The notes under the pieces: generated by a model
What the model was told of the DNA's origin: nothing
Database searches by the model: none
The model's input: only the letters and a program-made list of their open reading frames with translations
Origin: an uncultured Acidobacteriota bacterium
GTDB taxonomy: Bacteria > Acidobacteriota > Blastocatellia > RBC074
Assembly (NCBI GenBank): GCA_963796275.1
Contig: CAWCKY010000007.1
Coordinates: 320,001-384,000, forward strand
Direction: 5' to 3'
DNA: 64,000 nt
Shown here: positions 36,434-46,252 of the stretch, piece by piece
Layout: every line of letters starts with the position of its first letter
Position numbering within the stretch: the stretch's first letter is position 1
Made by a program: the position numbers and the translations under genes

Positions 36434-39286
36434 GTGAGTGATCACTTAAGGGTGTTTAAACTAAAGGGGTGGATTTTCGCATTATGGGCTATTATTTGCG
36501 TATTGTTAGTAATAGCCGCTGATCCAACTTCCTCAACCGCTACCTTTAGCGCTTCATCGGAAGTAAGTACTTATGTCGAGTTTGAAAGTGGTCAGGTGCG
36601 CCCGCTCGCAATATCACCGGACGGTACGAAGTTGTTTGCGGTCAATACTCCCGATAATACTTTGGAGATCTTCAATATTAGCTCCAAGGGACTCGCGTTA
36701 CAGGCACGCGTCCCGGTGGGTCTCGAGCCGGTGGCAGTCGCCGCGCGCAACGATCACGAGGTCTGGGTAGTCAATCATCTGTCAGACAGCGTGAGTGTCG
36801 TGAGCCTAACGCACACGCCGCGCGTGATCCGCACTCTGCTGGTTGGCGACGAACCGCGCGATATCGTCTTCGCCGGATTCCCATCCCGCGCGTTCATCAC
36901 GACAGCGCATCGCGGCCAGCAACGCACAGACTCGTCTATTGCCGGCGTTCCCGGCGCCGGCGATCCGCAGCTCACCACGCCCGGCATCGGGCGCGCGGAC
37001 GTTTGGGTCTTCAATCCCGCCCAATTGGGGGCGGCATTCGGCGGAAGGCCCGCCAGAATTATGTCATTCTTCACCGATACGCCGCGGGCTCTGGCGGTCA
37101 GTCCCGATAAGCGAACGGTCTACGTGGCCGGGTTCAAAACCGGCAATCAGACGACAACTGTTGCCGAGGGGATGCTGTGTGAGGGTTTCGATCCGCACAC
37201 CCCATGTACATCCGAGGATGGCTCGACCAGTCCGGGCGGCAATCCGGGGCCGGCCACTAACTTCCAAGGTGCGCAAGCGCCGGAGGTCGGCCTGATCGTC
37301 AAATTCAATAACGTCACCCAGCAGTGGGAAGACGAACTGGGCCGCAACTGGAATCACGCGGTTCGCTTCAGCCTGCCAGATCATGATGTTTTCGCCGTCA
37401 ACGCCGATACGCTGACGCAGACGGCGACCTTCTCGCACGTGGGGACGACGCTGTTCAATATGGTAACGAACCCGGCGACAGGCAAGCTCTATGTCTCGAA
37501 CACAGAAGCCTTCAACCATGTCCGGTTCGAAGGCCCTGGTAATTTCGGCGGGAGCACCGTACAGGGGCACCTGGCTGAAACGCGCATCACCGTGATCTCC
37601 GATGAGACGGTCGTGCCGCGACATCTCAACAAACACATCGACTACACCAAGCTCGCGGTCGATCCGGGTTTCGACCCGACGGCCAAGAACCACAGCCTGT
37701 CGACGCCGCTCGAGATGGCGGTGACGAGCGATGGAGATACGCTCTATCTCGCGGCGTTCGGATCGAGCAAGATTGGAGTGTTCGACACGACGGCCCTGGA
37801 GAACGACACCTTCGATCCGAGAAGCATCAGCGCGAATTACATCACGGTCAGCGGCGGCGGTCCGAGCGGGATGGTGCTGGACGAGGCGAAGGGGCGGCTG
37901 TATGTGATGACTCGTTTCGACAACTCGGTGAAGGTGATCGATCTGGCATCGAAGCGGGAGATTGCTCAATCGGGGCTGCCCAATCCGGAACCGGCATCGG
38001 TGGTTGCGGGCCGGCCGCTGCTCTATGACGCGACGCGATTCTCGGGCAACGGCGAGGCGTCGTGCGCGAGCTGCCATATCTTCGGAGATATGGACGACCT
38101 CGCATGGGATCTCGGTAATCCCGATGAGGTAGTTACGAAAAACCCGATACCCATCAATTTCGGGATTCTTTTCATGCTGGGGCTGCCGACCGGGTTAGAT
38201 GCGCCGATTAACGGCACTGGTACGGTCGACGACTTCCATCCGATGAAGGGGCCGATGACGACGCAGACGCTGCGCGGCCTGCGAACCGCGGGAGCTATGC
38301 ACTGGCGCGGCGATCGCGCCAACGGGGTCTTCGGTATCGACCCGGTCGACGCCGAGCTGTCGTTCAATAACTTTCTCGTCGCGTTCGACGGTCTCATAGG
38401 GAGCCCCGGCCTGCCGTCTGCTGCCGAGATGCAGAAGTTCACCGACTTCCAGTTACAGGTCCTGCCGCCGCCCAATCCGGTGCGCCGGCTCGACAACTCC
38501 TTAACCCCATCACAGCAACGCGGCCGGGATTTCTATATCGGATCGCGACCCGCCGACGGCGTCATTATCCCCAATGTATTCGAGCTTGCATTCAGCTGTA
38601 ACGGCTGCCATGTGCTGGATCCGGGTCAGGGCTTCTTCGGTACAGGCCGCAATGCGAGTTTTGAAAACGAGACCCAGATCGTAAAGATCCCACACCTGCG
38701 TAACCAGTACGCAAAGGCGGGTATGTTTGGCCATCCGAAAGTGGACTTCTTCGACGCGCCTAATAGCGGATTTACGGGCGAACAGATCCGCGGCTTCGGC
38801 TTTTTGCACGACGGCTCGACCGATACTCTCTTCCGCTTTCTCACCGCAACCGTATTTCGCCCGAATCCAAACACCGGCTTCCCTCAGATAAACCCGGACG
38901 CTACCAGAGCAGATGTCGAGCAGTTCCTGCTCGCATTCGACAGCGATCTCGCGCCGATCGTCGGGCAACAGGTGACGTTGAGCTATGCCAATCTCCTGAC
39001 GGCAGGGCAGCGCATCGATTTGCTAATCCGAAGGGCGGAAGCGCAGTTCATTTCGAAATCGCTGGGCGGCGCGGTGCGAGAGTGTGACCTGGTGGCTAAT
39101 GTCGCGCTGGGTGGCAGCATCAGGAGATTCATCTATGATCCGGGCGCCCGGAAATTCATTTCAGAAGATGGCAGGCTCCGCCTCCCGGATATCGCATTGC
39201 GCATACTCGCGCTGGTACCGGGACAGGAGGTGACCTATACCTGCCTGCCGCCGGGATCGGGGGCGCGCATCACCGGTACCGATTAA
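36434..39286 (+). CDS. Secreted YVTN/YncE beta-propeller fused to di-heme cytochrome c (CcP/MauG-like) region
   Basis: Signal-like N-terminus; propeller repeats (VPVGLEPVAVA, LLVGDEPRDI); two CxxCH motifs (CASCH, CNGCH); HWRGDR, KIPHLRN, FLHDGS. Confidence 0.8.
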   Translation: MSDHLRVFKLKGWIFALWAIICVLLVIAADPTSSTATFSASSEVSTYVEFESGQVRPLAISPDGTKLFAVNTPDNTLEIFNISSKGLALQARVPVGLEPVAVAARNDHEVWVVNHLSDSVSVVSLTHTPRVIRTLLVGDEPRDIVFAGFPSRAFITTAHRGQQRTDSSIAGVPGAGDPQLTTPGIGRADVWVFNPAQLGAAFGGRPARIMSFFTDTPRALAVSPDKRTVYVAGFKTGNQTTTVAEGMLCEGFDPHTPCTSEDGSTSPGGNPGPATNFQGAQAPEVGLIVKFNNVTQQWEDELGRNWNHAVRFSLPDHDVFAVNADTLTQTATFSHVGTTLFNMVTNPATGKLYVSNTEAFNHVRFEGPGNFGGSTVQGHLAETRITVISDETVVPRHLNKHIDYTKLAVDPGFDPTAKNHSLSTPLEMAVTSDGDTLYLAAFGSSKIGVFDTTALENDTFDPRSISANYITVSGGGPSGMVLDEAKGRLYVMTRFDNSVKVIDLASKREIAQSGLPNPEPASVVAGRPLLYDATRFSGNGEASCASCHIFGDMDDLAWDLGNPDEVVTKNPIPINFGILFMLGLPTGLDAPINGTGTVDDFHPMKGPMTTQTLRGLRTAGAMHWRGDRANGVFGIDPVDAELSFNNFLVAFDGLIGSPGLPSAAEMQKFTDFQLQVLPPPNPVRRLDNSLTPSQQRGRDFYIGSRPADGVIIPNVFELAFSCNGCHVLDPGQGFFGTGRNASFENETQIVKIPHLRNQYAKAGMFGHPKVDFFDAPNSGFTGEQIRGFGFLHDGSTDTLFRFLTATVFRPNPNTGFPQINPDATRADVEQFLLAFDSDLAPIVGQQVTLSYANLLTAGQRIDLLIRRAEAQFISKSLGGAVRECDLVANVALGGSIRRFIYDPGARKFISEDGRLRLPDIALRILALVPGQEVTYTCLPPGSGARITGTD

Positions 39287-39294
39287 CAATAAAA

Positions 39295-39370
39295 TAGTTT
39301 TCAGTTTTCAGTTTTCAGACTTCGATAACGCAGTCAGTAACTGGAAACTGAAAACTAAAAACTGAAAACT
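39295..39370. repeat. Inverted heptamer tandem repeat between convergent genes (possible bidirectional terminator)
   Basis: (AGTTTTC)3 ... AACTGGA AACTGAA AACTAAA AACTGAA AACT. Confidence 0.7.
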
Positions 39371-39371
39371 A

Positions 39372-41198
39372 TTATTGCGGCCCGGGGGTAGCGGTAGCGA
39401 TTGGCAGCGGCTTACTTTCACTCACCCCGCTACCCTCTTTTACAATATGAAGCTGATTGATGGCGACATTAGCTAACTTATCGACCTTGCCGCTGGGCCA
39501 TTCAATATCGACCCGCTCGATCCTTTCGACCAGTCCCAGTCCGAACGTGACGGGCAGTTCGCTCTGCGAGCAGTAGCTCGATCCGCTCCGCACCATCTGC
39601 CACTGCTTTGCGCCTCCAACGGGATAGATCGTGATCTTCGCGCCGATGCCGTCACGGTTCGATTTAGCACCTATCGTTCTGAATTTGACGAAGCGGTTTT
39701 GATTGCCGCCATCGTTGCGCAGGAGATATGCCGGGCCGCCGTTGGTTGTGACCAGGATGTCCGGGTCGCCATCGTTATCGTAATCGCCATAAGCGGCACC
39801 GCGCGCAACGATCGCCCGGGCGAATGGTTTGCCGGCTTTACGCGTGACTTCGGTGAATTTCCGTTTGCCCTCGTTGCGGAATATTTGCGGGCGCTGCGCG
39901 TAGGTGATCTTCGGCTGCACTTTATTGATATCGTCGGCTACGTGGCCGTTGGCCATGAAAATATCCGGCAGCCCATCGAGATTGTAATCGAAGAAGAATG
40001 TGGCGAAGGTCAGCGAGAGCTGCGTATCGCGGCCGACATTCGATGACGGCGCTTCGTCGATGAAGAGGCCCTGGCCCTGGTTGTGGAAGATGGCGAGCAT
40101 TTCGTTGGAGAAGTTGCCGACTATTATGCTCGGATTGCCCGATCCGTCGATATCTGCAGCGTCTGTTCCCATCCCGCCCCGCGCTTTGCCTTCTTCGCTG
40201 AATGCGACTCCTGAGGTTACTGCTTCGTCGCTGAATGTCCCGTTGCCGTTGTTCTTCCAGAGTTTGTTCGGCTGCGTGTCGTTGGCGACGAATATATCCG
40301 GCCAGCCATCGCGGTTGTAATCGAGGATGGTGACACCCAGAGATTTACCGGGCGGGTCTTCGATCATCCCAGCTTTTTCCGTCACGTCGACAAATTTGCC
40401 GCCGGCATTATGATAGAGGCGGGAGTTCTGGCCTTTGTACTTTTCGGGAGTGCAGTAGCTCTTGTTCGTGCCGTCGAGTGCGCAAAATGCGTCAGTTTCC
40501 GGCGACCATTCGACATAGTTGCAGAGGTATAAATCCAGTTTTCCGTCTTTGTCATAATCGACAAATGCAGCCGACGATGAAAAATATGGGGGGCCGGCCA
40601 ATCCGGTCTTCGTCGTCGAATCGGAGAATTTGCCGTTGCCGAGGTTGCGAAACAGACGATTCTGTCCGAGCGCCGTAACGAATAGATCATCCCAGCCGTC
40701 GTTGTCGTAATCGCCTACTGCTACGCCCTGTCCATATATCTGTTTCGCCAGACCCGACTGAGATGTGACATCGCTGAAAGTTCCGTTTTGATTATTGTGA
40801 TAGAGCGCCATGAACGAACGGCGTTTTTTCGGAGCTTCTTCAAAATCCATACTGTTAATCAGAAGGATGTCCTGCCAGCCGTCATTGTCATAGTCGATGA
40901 AGGCGCAGCCGGAGCCGTTGGTCTCGGGTAGATATTTTTTACCGAACGCTCCGTTGTTGTGGCGGAAACGAATGCCGGCCTGCTGTGTGACATCGGTGAA
41001 TTCGATGGGCGTAAATTTTGCCGGGTCCAGCGGTGTTGGCGATGGTGAGGACGATGCCGGCGGTGTCGAACTGGCTACTGTCTGCGGCGGCGTCGCATTT
41101 GATTGCGCATTATTCGAGTGTTGTTGGTGGCAGGCAGTAGTGAGTATTAACAAAAAGATAGGGCAGAGCGAAAAATAACGTACAACCGTATGCATCAT
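39372..41198 (-). CDS. CRTAC1 family (FG-GAP + ASPIC/UnbV) probable lipoprotein
   Basis: Lipobox-like LTTAC; repeated DYDNDGW.D motifs; C-terminal SNRDGIGA...SSYCSQS...FGLG...WPSG. Confidence 0.88.
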   Translation of the reverse strand: MMHTVVRYFSLCPIFLLILTTACHQQHSNNAQSNATPPQTVASSTPPASSSPSPTPLDPAKFTPIEFTDVTQQAGIRFRHNNGAFGKKYLPETNGSGCAFIDYDNDGWQDILLINSMDFEEAPKKRRSFMALYHNNQNGTFSDVTSQSGLAKQIYGQGVAVGDYDNDGWDDLFVTALGQNRLFRNLGNGKFSDSTTKTGLAGPPYFSSSAAFVDYDKDGKLDLYLCNYVEWSPETDAFCALDGTNKSYCTPEKYKGQNSRLYHNAGGKFVDVTEKAGMIEDPPGKSLGVTILDYNRDGWPDIFVANDTQPNKLWKNNGNGTFSDEAVTSGVAFSEEGKARGGMGTDAADIDGSGNPSIIVGNFSNEMLAIFHNQGQGLFIDEAPSSNVGRDTQLSLTFATFFFDYNLDGLPDIFMANGHVADDINKVQPKITYAQRPQIFRNEGKRKFTEVTRKAGKPFARAIVARGAAYGDYDNDGDPDILVTTNGGPAYLLRNDGGNQNRFVKFRTIGAKSNRDGIGAKITIYPVGGAKQWQMVRSGSSYCSQSELPVTFGLGLVERIERVDIEWPSGKVDKLANVAINQLHIVKEGSGVSESKPLPIATATPGPQ

Positions 41199-41286
41199 AA
41201 ATTGTGTTATCGAGGTTAATCGAGAGACCTAGATAACTGAAGACAGTGCAATTTAAAGTTGGTTATTATCAACAGATTCTGATTGA

Positions 41287-41441
41287 CTCCGGAGGAGCCC
41301 GATGTATATAGCCTTCGATTACCCAAGTCTCACAAGCTCCGGAGGAGCGATATACAGACATTCATTCATTCATATGTCGCTCCTGCTGAGCTTGTGAGAT
41401 GTGGGAGAACGAGTTCTATAAACATCCCGCGCCGATGGCGC
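41287..41441. repeat. REP-like palindromic element
   Basis: CTCCGGAGGAG...GATGTATATAG; AAGCTCCGGAGGAGCGATAT / ATGTCGCTCCTGCTGAGCTT; CTATAAACATC inverse of the left part. Confidence 0.65.
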
Positions 41442-41542
41442 TCAGGACCGATATCGTTGATTCAATGATCTTTTATTTGCACACTCTTCAGATAACTATA
41501 ACTCAATACATCCAACCGTCTGAATGCTCCTGGCCCATTCTC

Positions 41543-42559
41543 TTATTGAATGGAGATGTTTTTGATCGACAGAGGAATGAATCTTCGATCGATCAGGTCC
41601 TTCATTTCGATCGGTCTCTCCAGGATGCCCGCCTTGAGCGCCATATCGTGAATCTGCTGCAACTCTTCATCGGTCGGCGTCAGCATTCGATAGCTTACAC
41701 GGTCAGGAGGTTGCGTCAGCACATATCGTACGACTTTTTCATCCTGGCGAAAATAGGGGGCAGCGACCCTGGCTGCTTCGATACGATGTGTCTCCGCCCA
41801 CTCGCCGCTCTCGGCAATGCTGCGCACCAGGTCGCGCATTAGATCAGGGCGCTCATTTATCAGCTTCTCGGTGGCAACCAGAACGCAGGAGATGAACCTC
41901 GGCCAGATGTCCTTGGCGTGATAGAGCACGCGACCGCTGCCGTCGAGTTCCGCCTTGGCGGCGTGAGGCTCGCCGATAAAGTATGCGTCGATGGCTCTGG
42001 CTGCCAGCGCGCCCGGCATATCGGGCGGCGGCATCTCGACGAACCTGATCTCATCTTCTTTTACGCCCTGGTTTTCCATCAGCTTGCGAATGACGAGATT
42101 TTGATTGCTGTATTTCGAGGGTATGGCAAATGTCTTCCCGCGCAGATCGCGCAGGTCTTTGGCCGGAAGGTCCTTACGCACGATAACTGTGGATCCGTCG
42201 CGATGGCCCAGATACAGTATCTTCACGGGCACGCCCTGTTCGCGCAGTTTCATGGCGAGCGGCGCGATCATAAATGTCGCCTGCAGTCGACCACCCTTAA
42301 TCGACTCGACGATCGTGGGGAAATCGGTAAATCTCATCGACTCGAACCGAGTCGTCGCGCTGGTGCGGGTCGCAAAATCCGTCACCGGACACGTGAGATG
42401 TCAGGTGACCGGCAGGAAACCCACGCTGAGTTGCTCGCGCGGACTGTCGACCCTGCTCGATGTTTGTTCTACCTGCCACGGTTTGTACCGTAGCACCCCC
42501 AATACGATGATTGCCAGGATCGTGCCAATGACGATGCGTATAATCGGTGAATGAAACAT
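41543..42559 (-). CDS. SsuA/TauA/NrtA-like ABC substrate-binding protein with in-frame TGA at 42401-42403, probable selenocysteine
   Basis: ORFs 42401..42604 and 41543..42385 share one frame, separated only by TGA: LSVGFLPVT*HLTCPVTDF; joined product is 338 aa from ATG 42559 with an N-terminal TM/signal segment. Confidence 0.8.
42371..42393 (-). promoter_or_regulatory. Candidate bacterial SECIS hairpin
   Basis: After UGA: CAUCUCA-CGU-GUCCG-[GUGA]-CGGAU-UUU-GCG; stem with a GU-starting apical loop beginning at nt 16 after the UGA. Confidence 0.55.
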
Positions 42560-42561
42560 AA

Positions 42562-42655
42562 ATAATTGATTATTGATAATTGATAATTGATAGTTGAAAT
42601 ACACTGTGGCAACAATTTAACCGAATCATCAATCATCCATTATCCATTATCAATT
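42562..42655 (+). repeat. Heptamer-armed hairpin element, copy 2
   Basis: (AATTGAT)n arms; core AGTTGAAATACACTGTGGCAACAATTTAACCGAATC; right arm encodes the ATPase C-terminus ELIMDNG*. Confidence 0.8.
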
Positions 42656-43370
42656 CTCTTTCGAGACCCAGTTCTGTCAATATTCGATGTACGGCTTCGA
42701 CGACTTCCGGATGGGTCAGGTTGCGGGGTCGCGGTTCAAACAACCGCATCTCGCTGCGGACCTTCGCCGGACGTTCGGATAAAACGATGACTCGGTCGGC
42801 CAGTTGCGCGGCCTCTTCGATGTCGTGCGTCACGAGCACCACGGTGCGCGGGTGCTCGTCCAGCATACGCGCAAGTTCCTGGCGCATGCGCAACCGCGTC
42901 AGGTAATCGAGCGCGGAGAATGGTTCGTCGAGCAGCAGGACGTCCGTGTCGCCCGCCAATGCGCGCGCGATCTCGACTCTCTGCCGCATTCCGCCAGAGA
43001 GTTTGTGCGGGTGATGATTTTCGAAACCTTCGAGCCTGATCAATGCGATGAACTCGCTCAACTGGCGTTCGATTTCACGCTCATCCTTCAGATGTCTGAG
43101 ACCCAGCGCGATGTTTTCACTTACAGTCAGCCAGGGGAAAAGCCCGTCATTTTGATAGACCATCCGCATTCTTCCGGTGCGCGTGAGCTTGCCCGAGGAT
43201 GGATCGTCGAAGCCGGAGAGCAGGTTGAGCAGGGTCGTTTTGCCGCAGCCCGACGGCCCGACGACCGCGACGAATTCACCCCGCGCGATCTCGATATCAA
43301 GCGGCAGGATCACTTCGACTGCGCCGAAACTTCGCGTTACCTTATCCAATTGAAAGATGATATCTGTCAT
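42633..43370 (-). CDS. SsuB/TauB-like ABC ATP-binding protein
   Basis: GPSGCGKTT, LSGGMRQR, LLDEPFSALD, VTHDIEEA. Confidence 0.92.
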   Translation of the reverse strand: MTDIIFQLDKVTRSFGAVEVILPLDIEIARGEFVAVVGPSGCGKTTLLNLLSGFDDPSSGKLTRTGRMRMVYQNDGLFPWLTVSENIALGLRHLKDEREIERQLSEFIALIRLEGFENHHPHKLSGGMRQRVEIARALAGDTDVLLLDEPFSALDYLTRLRMRQELARMLDEHPRTVVLVTHDIEEAAQLADRVIVLSERPAKVRSEMRLFEPRPRNLTHPEVVEAVHRILTELGLERELIMDNG

Positions 43371-43378
43371 CTCATTTA

Positions 43379-44153
43379 TTATCTCTCATATCCCCATCGC
43401 ACGCTCTCGATCTTCATCAATTGTACGAGAAGTCGGTCGATCACCACACCGATGATACCGATGACGATCATTCCGACGACGAGCAGGTCCATCCTCAGTC
43501 CATTGCGCGCATCCCAGATGGCGAATCCCAGCCCATCGCGGCCTGCTATCATCTCGGCCGCGACCACAACGAGCCACGATAGTCCGGCGGTAACCCGCAA
43601 GGTGGTGATCACCTGCGGCGATATGGCGGGCAACGTCACCTGAATGAGCAACTCGAAGCCCTCGATACCGTAATCCCGCGCTACCCGGAAATAGACATTC
43701 GGGATGCTCGCGACTGCCGAGATGGTGGCCAGGACGATCGGGAAGAATGAGCGCCATGAAGATCAGGAAGATGGCGGGTTTATCGCCGATGCCGAACCAC
43801 AGGATCGCGAACGGAATCCAGGCGAGAGGCGAGAGGTTACGAAAAAAATTGATCGCCGGAAGCATCGCAGTCCGCGCGCGCGCGCGCTGGCCGAGCCACA
43901 AGCCAAGAGGAATGCCGGCGCCGGTAGCGAGAGCGAACCCTGCGGTCACTCGGAAGAGCGAAGCGACCACGTCATTGTACAGCCGCCCGCTCCCAACCTC
44001 TTCGCGGAATCCCTTCGCCACCGAGATCGGTGACGGAAAGATCGAGTCGGGAAAGAGGCGAAGCCAGGCCAACAGCCACCAGATTGCAATAATGATCGAA
44101 GCCACCAGAAGTGGTAACAACCGAGTTCTATCGGATACTGTAGTAGAAGTCAT
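43379..44153 (-). CDS. SsuC/TauC-like ABC permease with a 1-bp frameshift near 43751
   Basis: SPLAWIPFAILWFGIG in the first frame, VVVAAEMIAG..GLGF in the second; removing one base at ATG GCG C TCA TTC restores IFMASFFPIVLAT. Confidence 0.82.
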
Positions 44154-44400
44154 CTTATCCAGCCCTTTTAATTAATAATATATATGAGGCAAAAAGGGCA
44201 AAATGAGGAAAAAATGATTTTATTTGCTTTTACTCTATTTTCCCTGTTTCTCCCTCTCTCATGCAGAAATTTTGAGTCTATTCGTAAAATTCCCTTCGAT
44301 TTACATTCATTAATAAGCGAAAATATAATTTGAGTTATTACTGGCCGGAGGGATTGCCTTCGATTAAGACGCTACCGGAAGTATTAAGAGGAAAACTCAT

Positions 44401-44643
44401 ATGACGCCTGATGAATTGATTGAAAACCAAAGAACGATGCTCAGTTTTATGGCGCGCATCGAAGCCAACCAGGGTAAGCTCGATAGCGTGATTGCCAATC
44501 AAACTACAATCATTGAGAATCAAAATTTAATCAGAGCGAACCAGGAGAAACTGGATAAGCTGTTAGCCAATCAGGAGGTAATCCAGGCAAATCAGGCCAA
44601 AATATTGGCCAATCAAGCGGAGATTATTTCCCTGCTTGGATAG
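44401..44643 (+). CDS. 80-aa coiled-coil protein with repeated (I/L)xxNQ heptads
   Basis: RBS AAGAGG before ATG; eight NQ units, mostly 7 or 10 residues apart. Confidence 0.75.
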   Translation: MTPDELIENQRTMLSFMARIEANQGKLDSVIANQTTIIENQNLIRANQEKLDKLLANQEVIQANQAKILANQAEIISLLG

Positions 44644-44746
44644 GGTTAATTCTTCAATCTCCGGATTGGTCTAATTGTATTGCTGATCGGCATGCCTAAG
44701 CGGCACTCGGCAGCTTAACAATTTACTGCCAATAATTCGTGAAGTA

Positions 44747-46090
44747 ATGATTGTAACAACTCAGCCGCGCAAGGAGCTCAAGCGACAACTCGGTCTAAGA
44801 GCGGCCACGGCAGTGGTGATCGGCGAGGTGATCGCCGTCGGCATCTTTCTCACCCCGGCCGGCATGGCGAAATCGCTCGGTTCTCCCATGTGGTTACTAA
44901 TAGTTTGGTTGGTGATGGGATTGATGGCTCTTTGCGGTGCGCTCTGTTATGGCGAGCTGGCCGCGCGTTTTCCCGAAGCGGGTGGAGGTTATGTTTACCT
45001 GCGCGAGGCTTACGGGCAGAAATTGGCATTTCTATATGGCTGGAAATGTTTTCTGGTAATGGATCCGGGAATCACGGCTGCACTGGCGGTCGGACTTTCC
45101 GGTTATCTAAGCTATCTCGTCACCCTCCCGCCCTTTGGCATAAAGTTATTCATCGTCGGAATAATCTGTGCGATTGCAGTCGTGAATATTTACGGTGTGC
45201 GGCTCGGATCTCGGTTGATGCAGTGTATTACAGCGGTCAAACTCGGCTCGCTGGCGCTAATCGTATTGTGGGCGGTTATTTCAAGACCCGGTAGCATGTC
45301 ACATTTCACGCCATTCCTCTCTCAGCGAACGGGCTCCGAGCCTCTGGTTACTGCCCTCGCGGGTGCCCTGGTAGCCGGGTTCTTCTCATTCGGCGGCTGG
45401 TGGGACCTGAGCAAGCTCGGGGGTGAGGTTCGCGATCCCGTGCACACCTTACCGCGCGCGATGGCCATCGGCGTGCTGGCTGTAACCGCCGTTTATGTAC
45501 TGACCAGCGCAGTCTTCCTATACCTCGTTCCATTGGAGCGCGTAACTTCGGGTGAGACGTTCGCGGCGCAGGCTGGCGAGGCGCTTTTCGGCTCCGCCGG
45601 CGGATGGGTCTTTTCGCTCATCGTGATAGTGTCGATTTTTGGCAGCCTGGCCGGCTTTATGATGGCGGCGCCGCGCGTCTACTACGCGATGGCTCGTGAC
45701 GGAGTTTTTTTCGACTTCGTCTCCGCCGTACATCCGCGCTTCGGCACGCCCGTGCGCGCGATAGTCTTGCAGGTCGTGATGGCGCTGCTACTGGTAACGT
45801 TGGGCACTTTCGAAAATATCATAGCTTACTTCATCTTTGTGACAGTGCTCTTCATCGGTCTTACCGTCGCCGCTGTTTTCATCCTGCGCCGTCGCCACGG
45901 TAATTTATCGCAATACCGCATCGTCGGTTATCCGTTGACGCCGTCATTTTTTCTGCTACTGGTGACAATCCTCCTGGTTCTGCTCGGCGCTAACAGTACC
46001 CGACAGGCCGTACTCGGGTTGGGGGTAGTTGCTCTGGGGGTGCCTGTTTATCATCTGTTTTTTCAGCGGCAGTCACGTACCGACGAATGA
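44747..46090 (+). CDS. APC family amino acid permease (LAT/SteT-like)
   Basis: GIFLTP, CYGELAARFPEAGGGYVYLREAYG, FSFGGW, PRVYYAMARDG, HPRFGTP. Confidence 0.9.
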   Translation: MIVTTQPRKELKRQLGLRAATAVVIGEVIAVGIFLTPAGMAKSLGSPMWLLIVWLVMGLMALCGALCYGELAARFPEAGGGYVYLREAYGQKLAFLYGWKCFLVMDPGITAALAVGLSGYLSYLVTLPPFGIKLFIVGIICAIAVVNIYGVRLGSRLMQCITAVKLGSLALIVLWAVISRPGSMSHFTPFLSQRTGSEPLVTALAGALVAGFFSFGGWWDLSKLGGEVRDPVHTLPRAMAIGVLAVTAVYVLTSAVFLYLVPLERVTSGETFAAQAGEALFGSAGGWVFSLIVIVSIFGSLAGFMMAAPRVYYAMARDGVFFDFVSAVHPRFGTPVRAIVLQVVMALLLVTLGTFENIIAYFIFVTVLFIGLTVAAVFILRRRHGNLSQYRIVGYPLTPSFFLLLVTILLVLLGANSTRQAVLGLGVVALGVPVYHLFFQRQSRTDE

Positions 46091-46231
46091 GCTTAGAAAT
46101 TATACCGGAGGATTAAGTGCGCTTGCGGGCGGCCGGGTTTGATGATAGAGGGATATGGCAGATCACACTCAATGCCTCGTGTTCAGTAACATAAACGCCT
46201 CGCCGGCGCTTCGGGAATGGGCCGCGAATGA
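46087..46231 (+). pseudogene. Decayed remnant of an AhpD/CMD-like peroxidase-related gene
   Basis: 46117 onward reads VRLRAAGFDDRGIWQITLNAS and, with two 1-bp corrections, (W)FSNIN(R)LAGASGMGRE*, resembling the 'LRAxGFDDxxIxQIxxxASWFNYINRxAxxLG' C-terminus of AhpD-like proteins; ATGA coupling at 46087. Confidence 0.6.
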
Positions 46232-46252
46232 TGGCCCGCGATAAATTGGAGA

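Noticed and set aside
42560-42604. N-terminal extension MYFNYQLSIINNQLF of ORF 42401..42604
   Set aside because: It is the translated heptamer repeat arm; ATG 42559 is the more plausible start.
43740-43760. Programmed frameshift in the ABC permease
   Set aside because: No slippery sequence at the site; an indel error or mutation is simpler.
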